DNA from: Coriobacteriia bacterium
GTDB taxonomy: Bacteria > Actinomycetota > Coriobacteriia > WRKU01 > JAENWW01
Assembly: GCA_016649875.1 (NCBI GenBank)
Contig: JAENWW010000005.1
Span: 12,401 to 76,400 of the forward strand
Length of the DNA stretch: 64,000 bases
Reading direction: 5' to 3'
Under the pieces are notes generated by a model. That model searched no databases. It was not told the DNA's origin and worked only from the letters and a program-made list of their open reading frames with translations. The position numbers and the translations under genes were made by a program. Positions 25,960 to 39,510 of the stretch are shown here, one piece after another. Each line of letters begins with the position of its first letter. The stretch's first letter is position 1.

Positions 25960-28384
25960 TATCCAAGTGCGTTTTGGGAAAGACATACTGGTTCTCGAAG
26001 GAGCCATGGGAACCATGCTTCAGCGAGCCGGCATGGAGCCGGGGACCTGTCCCGAGTTCTTGAATATCGTCGAGCCCGACATGATTCAGCAAATCCACAC
26101 TTCTTACCATATGGCCGGGTCCGACTGTGCCACGTCGAACACATTCGGGGGTTCGCGAACCAAGCTTGCGGAGTTTAATCTCGAAAATCAACTCGAGGAG
26201 ATAAACCGCGCGGGCGTCCGCCTCGCCCGGTCGGGCGGTGCACCGCACATTCTGGCTGACATGGGGCCGACCGGCTTGGTGATGGAGCCTTTGGGTACCG
26301 TTCCCTTCGAGGAGGTATTCGCCCTTTTCGCCGAGCAGGCGCGTGCCCTCGCATCTGAGAATCCCGATGCGTTTCTGCTTGAGACATTCACCGATATCGC
26401 CGAATTGCGTGCGGCGGTTCTTGCCTGCAAATCGGTTTCGAACCTTCCCGTGATCGCTTGCGGCACGTTCGGACAAAACGGCCGCATGGACCTTTCGGGA
26501 ACCGACTCCGCTACAGCCGCCATTATTTTGGAGGCGGCCGGAGCCGATGCCGTCGGCATGAACTGCGGCGTCGGACCCGAGCATATGATTGATAACGCGC
26601 GCGCCATGGTCAAGGCCACCACGTTGCCCGTATTCGCGCAGCCGAATGCAGGGATTCCGACTCTCGACTTCAGGGGAAAAACGGTGTTTCCCGGAACGCC
26701 CGATGAAATGGCGCGTTTTGCGATTTTGGCTCGCGAGGCCGGTCTTGCCGGTGTCGGTTCATGTTGTGGTACTACCCCGAAATTCACGGGAGCGATTGCG
26801 ATTGAGATCAGTGGAAAATATTGTGTCGAGGTTCCGCGCGGGTTTTCAACGACGGTCGTCGCTTCGTCTCGTGCTTACGTTGAAATCGGTGCCGGTCCCC
26901 TGCGGGTAATCGGCGAGCGCATCAACCCGACGGGGAAGCCCGAACTGAAAGAGAGTTTGCTCGCCGGTTCGATGAGCATCGTGCGCCGTTACGGTGCGCA
27001 GCAAAGCGAGGCACATGCGGATTTGCTCGACGTGAATGTCGGTGCCGCAGGCGTGAACGCGTGTGAGATGCTCCCCAAAGCAGTCGCTGCGCTGACCGGC
27101 GTCATTGATACTCCGCTGGTCCTCGATACCACCGACTATGCGGCGCTCGAGGCGGCACTTCGCATCTACCCGGGCAAAGCACTCATCAACAGCGTCAACG
27201 GCGAGCCGGAGTCCTATGAGGCGGTATTGCCGTTGGCTAAAAAATACGGAGCGGCGCTTGTGGTGCTCGCGCTCGATGAAAACGGTATACCCAAAACTGC
27301 CGAAGGGCGCCTCGCCGTGGTCGAGCATGTGCGCGTCATTGCAAACGGCCTCGGGATTCCCGACAAAGATTTGCTGGTGGACTCTTTGGTCATGGCCGCC
27401 GCGGCCGACCCCGATGCTCCGGAAGTCACGCTTGACGCGACGGCGCTTGTGAAAAAGGCCGGGCTCAATGTGATGCTCGGTGTATCCAACGTCAGCCACG
27501 GGCTACCTATGCGCGGAGTGCTCAATGCCGCATTTTTGACCGCGGCCGCCTCTCTCGGGCTTGATTGTGCGATTGTGAATCCCAACGATTCGCTCATTTC
27601 AGAAGCCGTGAGGACTATCAATTCGGGGCGCGAAAACGGAGTTTCGCATGCTACGACCGCACGTCGTGAATTCAGCCTGCTGCTCGAACGCGCACTCGAG
27701 AGGGGGAAAGGTTCGACGTCTGCCGAAGAGGCTCGCCGGCCTACCGACGCCGCATATGACCCGGAGGTCGAGTTGCGCCGTGCCATCTCTCAAGGAGACG
27801 CGCAAGGTGCCCCGGCGCATGTCGACGTACTCATCGAACAAGGGCTTACGCCGGCTGAAATCATCGGTGATGTTTTGACTCCGGCGATCAAGCATCTCGG
27901 GGACGGCTTCGGACGAGGAGAGGTGTTCCTCCCTCAGTTGATGGCCGCCGCCGATGCGATGAAAGCCGGTGTCGCTCGTGCGAAATCGTATTTGAACTCG
28001 ACCGATGCGGCCGCTTCGACGAAAGGGCGTGTCGTTTTCGCGACGGTGAAAGGCGACATCCACTCGATCGGCAAAGACATCTGCATATCGTTGCTCGAAT
28101 CACAGGGTTTCGAGGTGCACGACCTCGGTGTCGATGTCGCTCCCGAAACGATTTTAGAAGCCGCCACAACTGCCGATGCCGTGTGTCTTTCGGCACTTAT
28201 GACCACGACGCTACCCTCCATGGAAGCGACGAAAAAGCTCGTCGTTTCGCGCTTTCCGAATATTCCTGTGTTAGTCGGAGGTGCGGTCGTCACCCCCGAG
28301 TGGGCTGCACAGATCGGAGCTTATTATTCGGCGAATGCGCCCGAATGTGTTGAAATGGTCGGCGCCACGATTAAGAAAGCCTAA
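25952..28384 (+). CDS. metH: Cobalamin-dependent methionine synthase core (Hcy-binding + pterin-binding + B12-binding domains) lacking the C-terminal AdoMet reactivation domain
   Basis: Homocysteine S-methyltransferase N-terminus, a DHPS-like pterin domain, and the B12 motif GDIHSIGKDI (DxHxxG). It is ~811 aa against ~1230 for full-length MetH. GGAGGA RBS at 25941. Confidence 0.9.
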   Translation: MPDIQVRFGKDILVLEGAMGTMLQRAGMEPGTCPEFLNIVEPDMIQQIHTSYHMAGSDCATSNTFGGSRTKLAEFNLENQLEEINRAGVRLARSGGAPHILADMGPTGLVMEPLGTVPFEEVFALFAEQARALASENPDAFLLETFTDIAELRAAVLACKSVSNLPVIACGTFGQNGRMDLSGTDSATAAIILEAAGADAVGMNCGVGPEHMIDNARAMVKATTLPVFAQPNAGIPTLDFRGKTVFPGTPDEMARFAILAREAGLAGVGSCCGTTPKFTGAIAIEISGKYCVEVPRGFSTTVVASSRAYVEIGAGPLRVIGERINPTGKPELKESLLAGSMSIVRRYGAQQSEAHADLLDVNVGAAGVNACEMLPKAVAALTGVIDTPLVLDTTDYAALEAALRIYPGKALINSVNGEPESYEAVLPLAKKYGAALVVLALDENGIPKTAEGRLAVVEHVRVIANGLGIPDKDLLVDSLVMAAAADPDAPEVTLDATALVKKAGLNVMLGVSNVSHGLPMRGVLNAAFLTAAASLGLDCAIVNPNDSLISEAVRTINSGRENGVSHATTARREFSLLLERALERGKGSTSAEEARRPTDAAYDPEVELRRAISQGDAQGAPAHVDVLIEQGLTPAEIIGDVLTPAIKHLGDGFGRGEVFLPQLMAAADAMKAGVARAKSYLNSTDAAASTKGRVVFATVKGDIHSIGKDICISLLESQGFEVHDLGVDVAPETILEAATTADAVCLSALMTTTLPSMEATKKLVVSRFPNIPVLVGGAVVTPEWAAQIGAYYSANAPECVEMVGATIKKA

Positions 28385-28394
28385 AGGTGCATCA

Positions 28395-29120
28395 GTGATT
28401 ATCACCACGCCCAAAGAGTTCGACCATATCCTTTCCAACTTACGCGATGTAGATGCCGAGAGCGTCTTTCTGGTGGGCTGCGGCTCCTGCGCGACCGTGG
28501 CCAAAACCGGCGGTGAGCCCGAACTGCTCGCGGCGGCCGCAAAACTTCAAGAGGCGGGCTATACGGTGCTCGGCCATACGGTCGGTACGGAAATCACCTG
28601 TAACGTCGGGGGCACTCGTTCCACCATTCGCAAGAACGCCGAGGTGATACGTGAGGCCGATGCAGTCATCGTCTTCGCATGCGGATCGGGAGTCCAAACC
28701 GTCGCCGAGTTCGTCGATGTGCCGGTCTTTCCCGCGCTCGACAGTGTTTTTTTGGGCGCCATCGTACGCCAAGGTGAGTTTTCGGAGCGGTGCCGGATGT
28801 GCGGGGATTGCATATTGGATAAGACTGCGGGCATCTGCCCGCTGACCCAGTGTCCCAAAGGATTGCTCAACGGTCCGTGCGGCGGTATGTGGGACGGTAT
28901 GTGTGAAGTGATACCCGACCATGAGTGTGCCCATGTGCGTATCCAGCGGAGGCTTGAAAAACAGCATCGTTTGCAGCCCATTTCTCTGCCGCCGAAGAAC
29001 TACGGGGTGAGCCTGAAACCGGGACATGTGAATATTCGGAAGCCGCGTGTTCGTAAAAGCTTGTCGGATAGATCCGAATCCGGGGAGAAAAATACCGCCC
29101 GAACACAAGGGGAGCGATAA
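28395..29120 (+). CDS. metV: MetV, the small subunit/partner of acetogen-type methylenetetrahydrofolate reductase (MTHFR C-terminal-like Zn/Fe-S Cys-rich domain)
   Basis: Cys motifs GCGSCATV and CRMCGDCILDKTAGICPLTQCPKGLLNGPCGG. The GTG start at 28395 lies after the metH stop. The ORF is open from 28281 in an overlapping frame. Confidence 0.8.
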   Translation: MIITTPKEFDHILSNLRDVDAESVFLVGCGSCATVAKTGGEPELLAAAAKLQEAGYTVLGHTVGTEITCNVGGTRSTIRKNAEVIREADAVIVFACGSGVQTVAEFVDVPVFPALDSVFLGAIVRQGEFSERCRMCGDCILDKTAGICPLTQCPKGLLNGPCGGMWDGMCEVIPDHECAHVRIQRRLEKQHRLQPISLPPKNYGVSLKPGHVNIRKPRVRKSLSDRSESGEKNTARTQGER

Positions 29121-30001
29121 TGGGAAGATTTCGAGAAAAGCTCGAGGTGGGAGAGTTTGTCATAACCGGCGAAGTCGCTCCTCCGCGCGGAAATAACTGC
29201 GACAGGATGCTGGCAGAGGTCAAAGCATATGCATCGGTGGCCGACGCCGTCAACATAACCGACAATCAGGGGGCGACGCTCCATCTCAGCGCGTTGGCTG
29301 CCTCTCGCCTCACGCTCGATACCGGTCTCGTCGAACCGGTGTTCCAGCAAACGTGTCGTGACAGGAATCGTCTCGCGCTCGAATCCGACTTGCTCGCGGC
29401 ATCGACGTATGGGCTCGAGAATTTCCTCGCCGTTACCGGCGACAACCCCCACGCAGGCGATCATCCGCAGGCTAAGGGAGTGTTCGACATCGATTCGACG
29501 CAACTCATCAGGGTCGCGTGCGACCTCAACGAGGGCCACGACATGAACGGTAACCCGATTGACGGGGCGACGGACTTTTATGTCGGGGCGGCCGCTTTTC
29601 CCGAAGCCGAGCCGTGGGATATCCAGAAACGACGCATTGCCGGCAAAATCGATGCGGGTGCGCGCTTTTTTCAAACGCAAGCGTGCATGGATATCGAGGT
29701 GTTCGCGCGGCGTGTGCTTGAGATCAAAGATATGGGTGCGCACGTCATAGCCGGTGTTCTTTTGCTGAAAAGCGAACGAACGATCAACTTCATCAACAAC
29801 CGGTTGGCCGGTCTGATGGTTTCCGACTCGGTTGCCCGTGAAATAATTTCGGCGAAGGATCCCTATGAAACCTCGGTGCGTATTGCAATCGAGCAGGCGA
29901 AGGTTCTTTTTGAAGTCGCCGACGGTATCCACATGATGCCGCTCGGTGATATCGAAACGGGTGTCGGGATTTTGCGCGAAGCCGGTGTCGTTTCAAAATG
30001 A
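29120..30001 (+). CDS. metF: Methylenetetrahydrofolate reductase MetF
   Basis: TIM-barrel MTHFR motifs (ITDNQGA, FLAVTGD, FFQTQ). Its ATG overlaps the metV stop. Confidence 0.9.
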   Translation: MGRFREKLEVGEFVITGEVAPPRGNNCDRMLAEVKAYASVADAVNITDNQGATLHLSALAASRLTLDTGLVEPVFQQTCRDRNRLALESDLLAASTYGLENFLAVTGDNPHAGDHPQAKGVFDIDSTQLIRVACDLNEGHDMNGNPIDGATDFYVGAAAFPEAEPWDIQKRRIAGKIDAGARFFQTQACMDIEVFARRVLEIKDMGAHVIAGVLLLKSERTINFINNRLAGLMVSDSVAREIISAKDPYETSVRIAIEQAKVLFEVADGIHMMPLGDIETGVGILREAGVVSK

Positions 30002-30014
30002 AGTGAGGTATGAT

Positions 30015-30045
30015 TTCTCGAAACGGACAGATGTTCGAGAATTTT
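30015..30045 (+). terminator. Rho-independent terminator after metF
   Basis: TTCTCGAA (30015-30022) pairs with TTCGAGAA (30034-30041), a perfect 8-bp stem around an 11-nt loop, followed by TTTT. Confidence 0.55.
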
Positions 30046-30084
30046 AAACGGTAGGTATGATTTCGATGGGAAGGGTGTTGCAGC

Positions 30085-34425
<4,341 letters not shown>

Positions 34426-34582
34426 TCAGCCGGCTCGAGTCTCTCCACAATCAGATATTTTATAGTGCGAATTCAGTGCGAAATCGCCCCACTGAGTTTG
34501 AGGTACGGTATCATGGAAAATTACTATGCTCATAAAAATTACCGTGCCACTGACATAATTTTTTAAGGAAGGTGTTTGCCGG

Positions 34583-34885
34583 ATGTCGCTTTCGAATGAA
34601 GAGGTGCGCCATGTTGCATTACTGGCGCGTCTCGGGTTAAGTGACGACCAGATTGAGAAGCTCGAGGGCGAATTGAATTCGATTCTCGGGCATATCGAGC
34701 AGATTTCGAAGCTCGACCTCGAAGGGGTTGAACTGATGACCCATCCGGTGCCCATGGTCAACTCCATGCGAGAAGATGAAATCGTCCCCGGTTTCTCCGT
34801 CGAGACTGCGCTGATGAACGCCCCGGCTCGCGAGGGAGACGCTTTCCTCATACCCCGTATCGTCGGTCCGGGAGGTGGCGAGTAA
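34583..34885 (+). CDS. gatC: Glu/Asp-tRNA amidotransferase subunit C
   Basis: 100 aa reading MSLSNEEVRHVALLARLGLSDDQIEKL, typical of GatC. Confidence 0.85.
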   Translation: MSLSNEEVRHVALLARLGLSDDQIEKLEGELNSILGHIEQISKLDLEGVELMTHPVPMVNSMREDEIVPGFSVETALMNAPAREGDAFLIPRIVGPGGGE

Positions 34886-36372
34886 TGTCGCGCGTCGATA
34901 TAGCCGCCTTGAGCGCGGCCCAAATTTCCGCACTCGTCACTTCGAAAACGGTTTCGGCCCGAGAGGTCGCGCAAAGCGCTCTCGACCGCATAGAGCAACT
35001 CGATGAGAGTCTGCATGCATTCAACCAGGTGACGCCTGAGCTTGCTTATAAAGCTGCCGATGAGCTCGATGCGAAAATCGCTACAGGGGCAACCGTCGAT
35101 GAGCTCGGACCTTTGGCGGGCGCGCCGGTTGCCTTTAAAGACAACATGAACCTACTCGGTACGCGTACGACCTGTTCTTCCCGCATGCTGGAGAAGTATG
35201 AGTCGATGTATGATTGCACCGCGGTTCGCAAGCTTCTCGACGTGAATACGCTTCCTCTCGGAAAACTCAATATGGATGAATTCGCTTTCGGCTCATCCAC
35301 GGAAAACTCCGCCTTCGGTCCCACCAAGAATCCGTGGGACACAGACAGGGTTCCGGGCGGGTCTTCCGGCGGATCGGCGGCCGCGGTCGCCTCAGGCATG
35401 GTTTCTGCCACGCTTGGTTCCGATACGGGCGGATCGATTCGGCAACCGGGTGCATTCACCGGAACCGTTGCGCTCAAGCCGACCTACGGTCGCGTTTCTC
35501 GCTACGGATGTGTCGCCTTTGCCTCATCGCTGGACCAAATCGGTCCGTTTTCCAAAACGGTTGAAGATTGTGCGCTTGTGCTCAATGCGATTTCAGGAAA
35601 AGACAGTTTCGATGCGACGAGCGTCGTTCGCGAACCCGAGGATTTCACGCGGGCTCTGAAAAAAGATGTCAAAGGTATGAAAATCGCCGTTGCAACCGAT
35701 ATGCTTGATATCGCCGGGCTCGACCCCGAGATAAAAGAAGGTGTCCTTAACGCCGCCGAGCAACTCGCGGCAGCCGGCGCCCATGTCGGCGAAGTCACCT
35801 TGCCGAACGCCGAATACGGGCTCAGCGCGTACTATATCGTGGGACCTGCCGAAGCTTCGAGCAACCTCGCCCGCCTCGATGGTATTCGCTACGGTCTTCG
35901 CGTTGATGATGCGACCGATGTGCTCGATTTGTATATGCGCTCGCGCTCTCTGGGCTTCGGACCCGAAACCATCCGCCGCATCATGATCGGCACCTATGCT
36001 CTTTCAGCAGGCTACTACGATGCCTACTACGGTCAAGCTCAAAAAGCACGCACCGTCATTAAACAGGATTTCGACAAGGCATTCGCCGATTATGATGTCA
36101 TTTTGATGCCGACCACTCCGACCACCGCTTTTAAGCTCGGCGAGAAAACAGCCGATCCGCTCTCCATGTATCTCTCGGATGTCTTCACCATTCCCGTCAA
36201 TCTCGCGGGCAATGTGGGGCTTTCGATACCCATGGGATGTTCGAAAAAAGACGGCATGCCCATGGGACTTCAACTCATCGGAAACTACTTCGAGGAGTCG
36301 AAGGTGCTCACGGTTGCGAGCACGCTTGAAGAACTATTCAAGTTCGACTCAGTTCCTGCTCGGCTCGGCTAA
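34885..36372 (+). CDS. gatA: Glu/Asp-tRNA amidotransferase subunit A
   Basis: Amidase signature GGSSGGSAAAVA. Overlaps the gatC stop (TAATG). Confidence 0.9.
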   Translation: MSRVDIAALSAAQISALVTSKTVSAREVAQSALDRIEQLDESLHAFNQVTPELAYKAADELDAKIATGATVDELGPLAGAPVAFKDNMNLLGTRTTCSSRMLEKYESMYDCTAVRKLLDVNTLPLGKLNMDEFAFGSSTENSAFGPTKNPWDTDRVPGGSSGGSAAAVASGMVSATLGSDTGGSIRQPGAFTGTVALKPTYGRVSRYGCVAFASSLDQIGPFSKTVEDCALVLNAISGKDSFDATSVVREPEDFTRALKKDVKGMKIAVATDMLDIAGLDPEIKEGVLNAAEQLAAAGAHVGEVTLPNAEYGLSAYYIVGPAEASSNLARLDGIRYGLRVDDATDVLDLYMRSRSLGFGPETIRRIMIGTYALSAGYYDAYYGQAQKARTVIKQDFDKAFADYDVILMPTTPTTAFKLGEKTADPLSMYLSDVFTIPVNLAGNVGLSIPMGCSKKDGMPMGLQLIGNYFEESKVLTVASTLEELFKFDSVPARLG

Positions 36373-36387
36373 AAGGGAATAACGACA

Positions 36388-37875
36388 GTGAAGTTTTGGG
36401 AAAAAATACAGAGCGTCATAGAGCCGAGGAACGAACGTTCCGCCGAACTTCTCGAAGAGGTCGTAGACCCGTTGCCGCAACCTTTGACCACGTCGACCGT
36501 GCTCGGGGAGGTCCCCGATGAGGAATCGACGAATGGCACTTTTCCCGTCGTCTCGATCTCGCAAGACGACGACAGGGTCATCGAAGGCGCTCTCGTCGGA
36601 CTCCGCCATGAGATCGATGTCGTTCTTCCCGTGCAAGAAGAGATACTTGATGCCGACCCCAATCCGATGCCCGATCTTGATTCCCATCTTTTCAAACTCC
36701 CCGGTGGAATTTTCGGCAAAGGGGTGGATTACGATCCGGACAATCAGCCCGATCGGACCGGTCTTTATCGCGGATTCGTCGTCGGCGGGCTCATCGTTTT
36801 GATTGTCGCCGGTATTCTGCTCTATAAGTTCGTCATAGCTCCGTCCGTTTCCGTGCCCGATCTTGTGGGCAAATCGTCCGTTGAAGCCATCCACACGCTG
36901 AATGCACAAGGTCTTGCACTCGGTGATATGACCGAACGGGAGGTGACCGGCGTCGAAGAGGGTACGGTGGTGAATCAGGATCCACGAGTCGATATCCGGG
37001 TGGTAAAGGGTACGAAAGTCTCGCTCGTCATCGCCAAAGCCGGCGATATGACAAGCGTTCCCAGCCTCACCGGTATGACCGAGAAAGAGGCTCAGACGGC
37101 GCTCACCGACAGCCGACTTTCAATGGTGAATGTGAGTACTTACAGCGATACGATTTCGAAAGGGCACGTCGTCGGACAGTTGCCGGTATCGGAGACGGCG
37201 GTCGCTGCCACAACGAGCGTCACGGTATTGATTTCCTCCGGTCGATATTCGGATACGATAGCGGTGCCACGCGTTCTCGGACTGGGCGCCGACGAGGCCG
37301 GGAGTGTTTTGCGGAGCAAGGGTCTGAACCCGACGATATATTACGCCTCCACGAGTTTCGGCAATGCGAATGAAGTCGTCGTGCAAACGCCTTCGTCTCA
37401 AAGTGCGGTGTCTCCCCGCACCGTCGTCCAACTGCTCGTGTCAAAACCGAGCTCGGTTGCACAAACGAGCGTGCCCGATGTTGTCGGTCTTACGTCCGCC
37501 GATGCGCAAAAAATAATAATTTCGGCGGGTTTGAGCGTTCAGACCGTCTATGCGACCGACCGTGACGTGCCTGCGGGAAACGTTATCGCGCAGATGCCGA
37601 TTTCTAAAAATACAATCCTTCAAAAAGGCGATTCGGTGGGGCTCCTCATGTCGGTCGGGCCTTCTTCGACGGTCATAGTCCCCGATGTCTTGAGAGAATC
37701 CGTGTCCCAAGCACAGCAAGAACTCACGAGCATCGGTCTCGTACCTGTCGTGGTGGCGGCCGACAGTTCGAACAACGGCAATAATACGGTGGTGCAACAG
37801 TTTCCCGCCGGTCGAAGCTCATATAGATTAGGCATGTCCGTTTTGCTTTATGCACCCGTGAACGGTGCACGATAA
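36388..37875 (+). CDS. Membrane protein with an acidic cytoplasmic N-terminus, one TM helix and five extracellular PASTA repeats. It has no kinase or transpeptidase domain.
   Basis: TM segment GFVVGGLIVLIVAGILLY. The repeats begin VPDLVGKS, VPSLTGMT, VPRVLGLG, VPDVVGLT and VPDVLRES. It sits between gatA and gatB. Confidence 0.75.
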   Translation: MKFWEKIQSVIEPRNERSAELLEEVVDPLPQPLTTSTVLGEVPDEESTNGTFPVVSISQDDDRVIEGALVGLRHEIDVVLPVQEEILDADPNPMPDLDSHLFKLPGGIFGKGVDYDPDNQPDRTGLYRGFVVGGLIVLIVAGILLYKFVIAPSVSVPDLVGKSSVEAIHTLNAQGLALGDMTEREVTGVEEGTVVNQDPRVDIRVVKGTKVSLVIAKAGDMTSVPSLTGMTEKEAQTALTDSRLSMVNVSTYSDTISKGHVVGQLPVSETAVAATTSVTVLISSGRYSDTIAVPRVLGLGADEAGSVLRSKGLNPTIYYASTSFGNANEVVVQTPSSQSAVSPRTVVQLLVSKPSSVAQTSVPDVVGLTSADAQKIIISAGLSVQTVYATDRDVPAGNVIAQMPISKNTILQKGDSVGLLMSVGPSSTVIVPDVLRESVSQAQQELTSIGLVPVVVAADSSNNGNNTVVQQFPAGRSSYRLGMSVLLYAPVNGAR

Positions 37876-37902
37876 GTACCCTGTGAAAGGAAAGTAGTCG
37901 TT

Positions 37903-39456
37903 ATGGCAAAGGATCGTTTATTCGAAGTACTCGAGCGTTACGAGGCGGTTATCGGGCTTGAGATCCATACCGAGATCACTGCGACTAAAACGAAGATGTT
38001 TTGCGGATGCGAGGTAGCTTTCGGAGGAGGACCGAACTCACGGGTCTGCCCCGTTTGCCTCGGACTTCCCGGAGCACTCCCGGTTCCGAACAAAGCGGCA
38101 GTCGAGTGGACGGTGCTGGCCGGTCTTGCGACGAATTGTTCGATTGCACGGCGCAGCATGTTCCATCGTAAAAACTATTTTTATCCCGATATGCCGAAGG
38201 ACTATCAGATTTCGCAATACGACCTTCCTTTCTGTGTCGATGGACAAGTGTTCATCGATGTGGATGAAGAGGGTGTCGCGGAGCGTCTCGATAGGGACAC
38301 GGCAGAAAATGTCGAGGTCACTTCGGACGGCTACACGGCCAAAATAGGCATCACGCGTATCCATCTCGAAGAGGATACGGCGAAAATGATCCATGTCGGC
38401 GGCTCCGAAGGGAGAATCGCTGGTGCGACCAAGTCGCTGGTGGACTTCAACCGTGCGGGAACGCCACTCATGGAACTTGTCTCCGAACCCGATTTGCGTA
38501 CACCGGAGGAGGCGCGCCGTTTTGCCCAAAAGCTCCGCCTCACTTGGCTTTCGCTGGGTGTCAGCGACTGCAGCATGGAAGAAGGTTCCCTTCGCGTCGA
38601 TGCCAACATTTCCGTTCGTAAGCGCGGAGAAACCGAACTCGGAACAAAGGCGGAACTCAAAAATATAAATTCATTCAAAACGCTGCATGACGGGCTCGCC
38701 TATGAGATAGTTCGTCAGGCCGATATTCTCGACGCCGGAGGAACCATCATTCAAGAAACGCGCCACTATGATAACGCGGCGAAGGTCACGAGCACTTTGC
38801 GCAGTAAAGAAGAAGCGCACGATTATCGCTATTTTCCCGAGCCGGATATGGTTCCGTTCGAGTTTTCTGAAGAATTCGTCGAGACCGTCAAGACACGCCT
38901 CCCCGAACTGCCCGATGCGCGCAAAGCCCGCTTCATCAAAGAGTACGGTCTGCCGAATTTCGATGCCTTCGTTTTGACGTCCGATCTCGATATGGCCACG
39001 TTCTACGAACAGGCGGTCGCCGCCTGTTCACCGAAACTCGCCAAAGCAGTCAGCAATCTGGTGCTCAACGACTATTCGGCTTACTTGAATGCGAGTGGGC
39101 TCGGTGTTCTCGAGAACAAGGTCACGCCGGCTCACATCGGTCAACTCGTCACGTTGGTGGATGACGGAACGATTTCTTCCAAACAGGCGAAGGATGTCTT
39201 TCTCGCCATGGTCGAGTCCGGCAAAATGCCTGCGCTCATCGTTGAAGAAAAAGGTATGAAACAGGTATCGGATTCAGGTGCCATCGAAGATGTCGTCGAT
39301 AAGATCATGGCCGCCAATCTCGACAAGGTGGAGGAATATCGTGGGGGAAAGCAAGGACTCATCGGCTTTTTCGTCGGCCAAGTCATGCGCGAAATGCAGG
39401 GACAAGGCAACCCGAAAGTCATCAACGAGGTATTGAGGCGCAAGCTACAGGGGTAG
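37903..39456 (+). CDS. gatB: Glu/Asp-tRNA amidotransferase subunit B
   Basis: N-terminus YEAVIGLEIHTEI and a Zn motif CGCEV...CPVCLGLPG. Confidence 0.9.
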   Translation: MAKDRLFEVLERYEAVIGLEIHTEITATKTKMFCGCEVAFGGGPNSRVCPVCLGLPGALPVPNKAAVEWTVLAGLATNCSIARRSMFHRKNYFYPDMPKDYQISQYDLPFCVDGQVFIDVDEEGVAERLDRDTAENVEVTSDGYTAKIGITRIHLEEDTAKMIHVGGSEGRIAGATKSLVDFNRAGTPLMELVSEPDLRTPEEARRFAQKLRLTWLSLGVSDCSMEEGSLRVDANISVRKRGETELGTKAELKNINSFKTLHDGLAYEIVRQADILDAGGTIIQETRHYDNAAKVTSTLRSKEEAHDYRYFPEPDMVPFEFSEEFVETVKTRLPELPDARKARFIKEYGLPNFDAFVLTSDLDMATFYEQAVAACSPKLAKAVSNLVLNDYSAYLNASGLGVLENKVTPAHIGQLVTLVDDGTISSKQAKDVFLAMVESGKMPALIVEEKGMKQVSDSGAIEDVVDKIMAANLDKVEEYRGGKQGLIGFFVGQVMREMQGQGNPKVINEVLRRKLQG

Positions 39457-39510
39457 GCGTTCGCAGGTTATTCGCAGTAATTCTTCATAAGAGAACAGTA
39501 TTCGGAGCAA

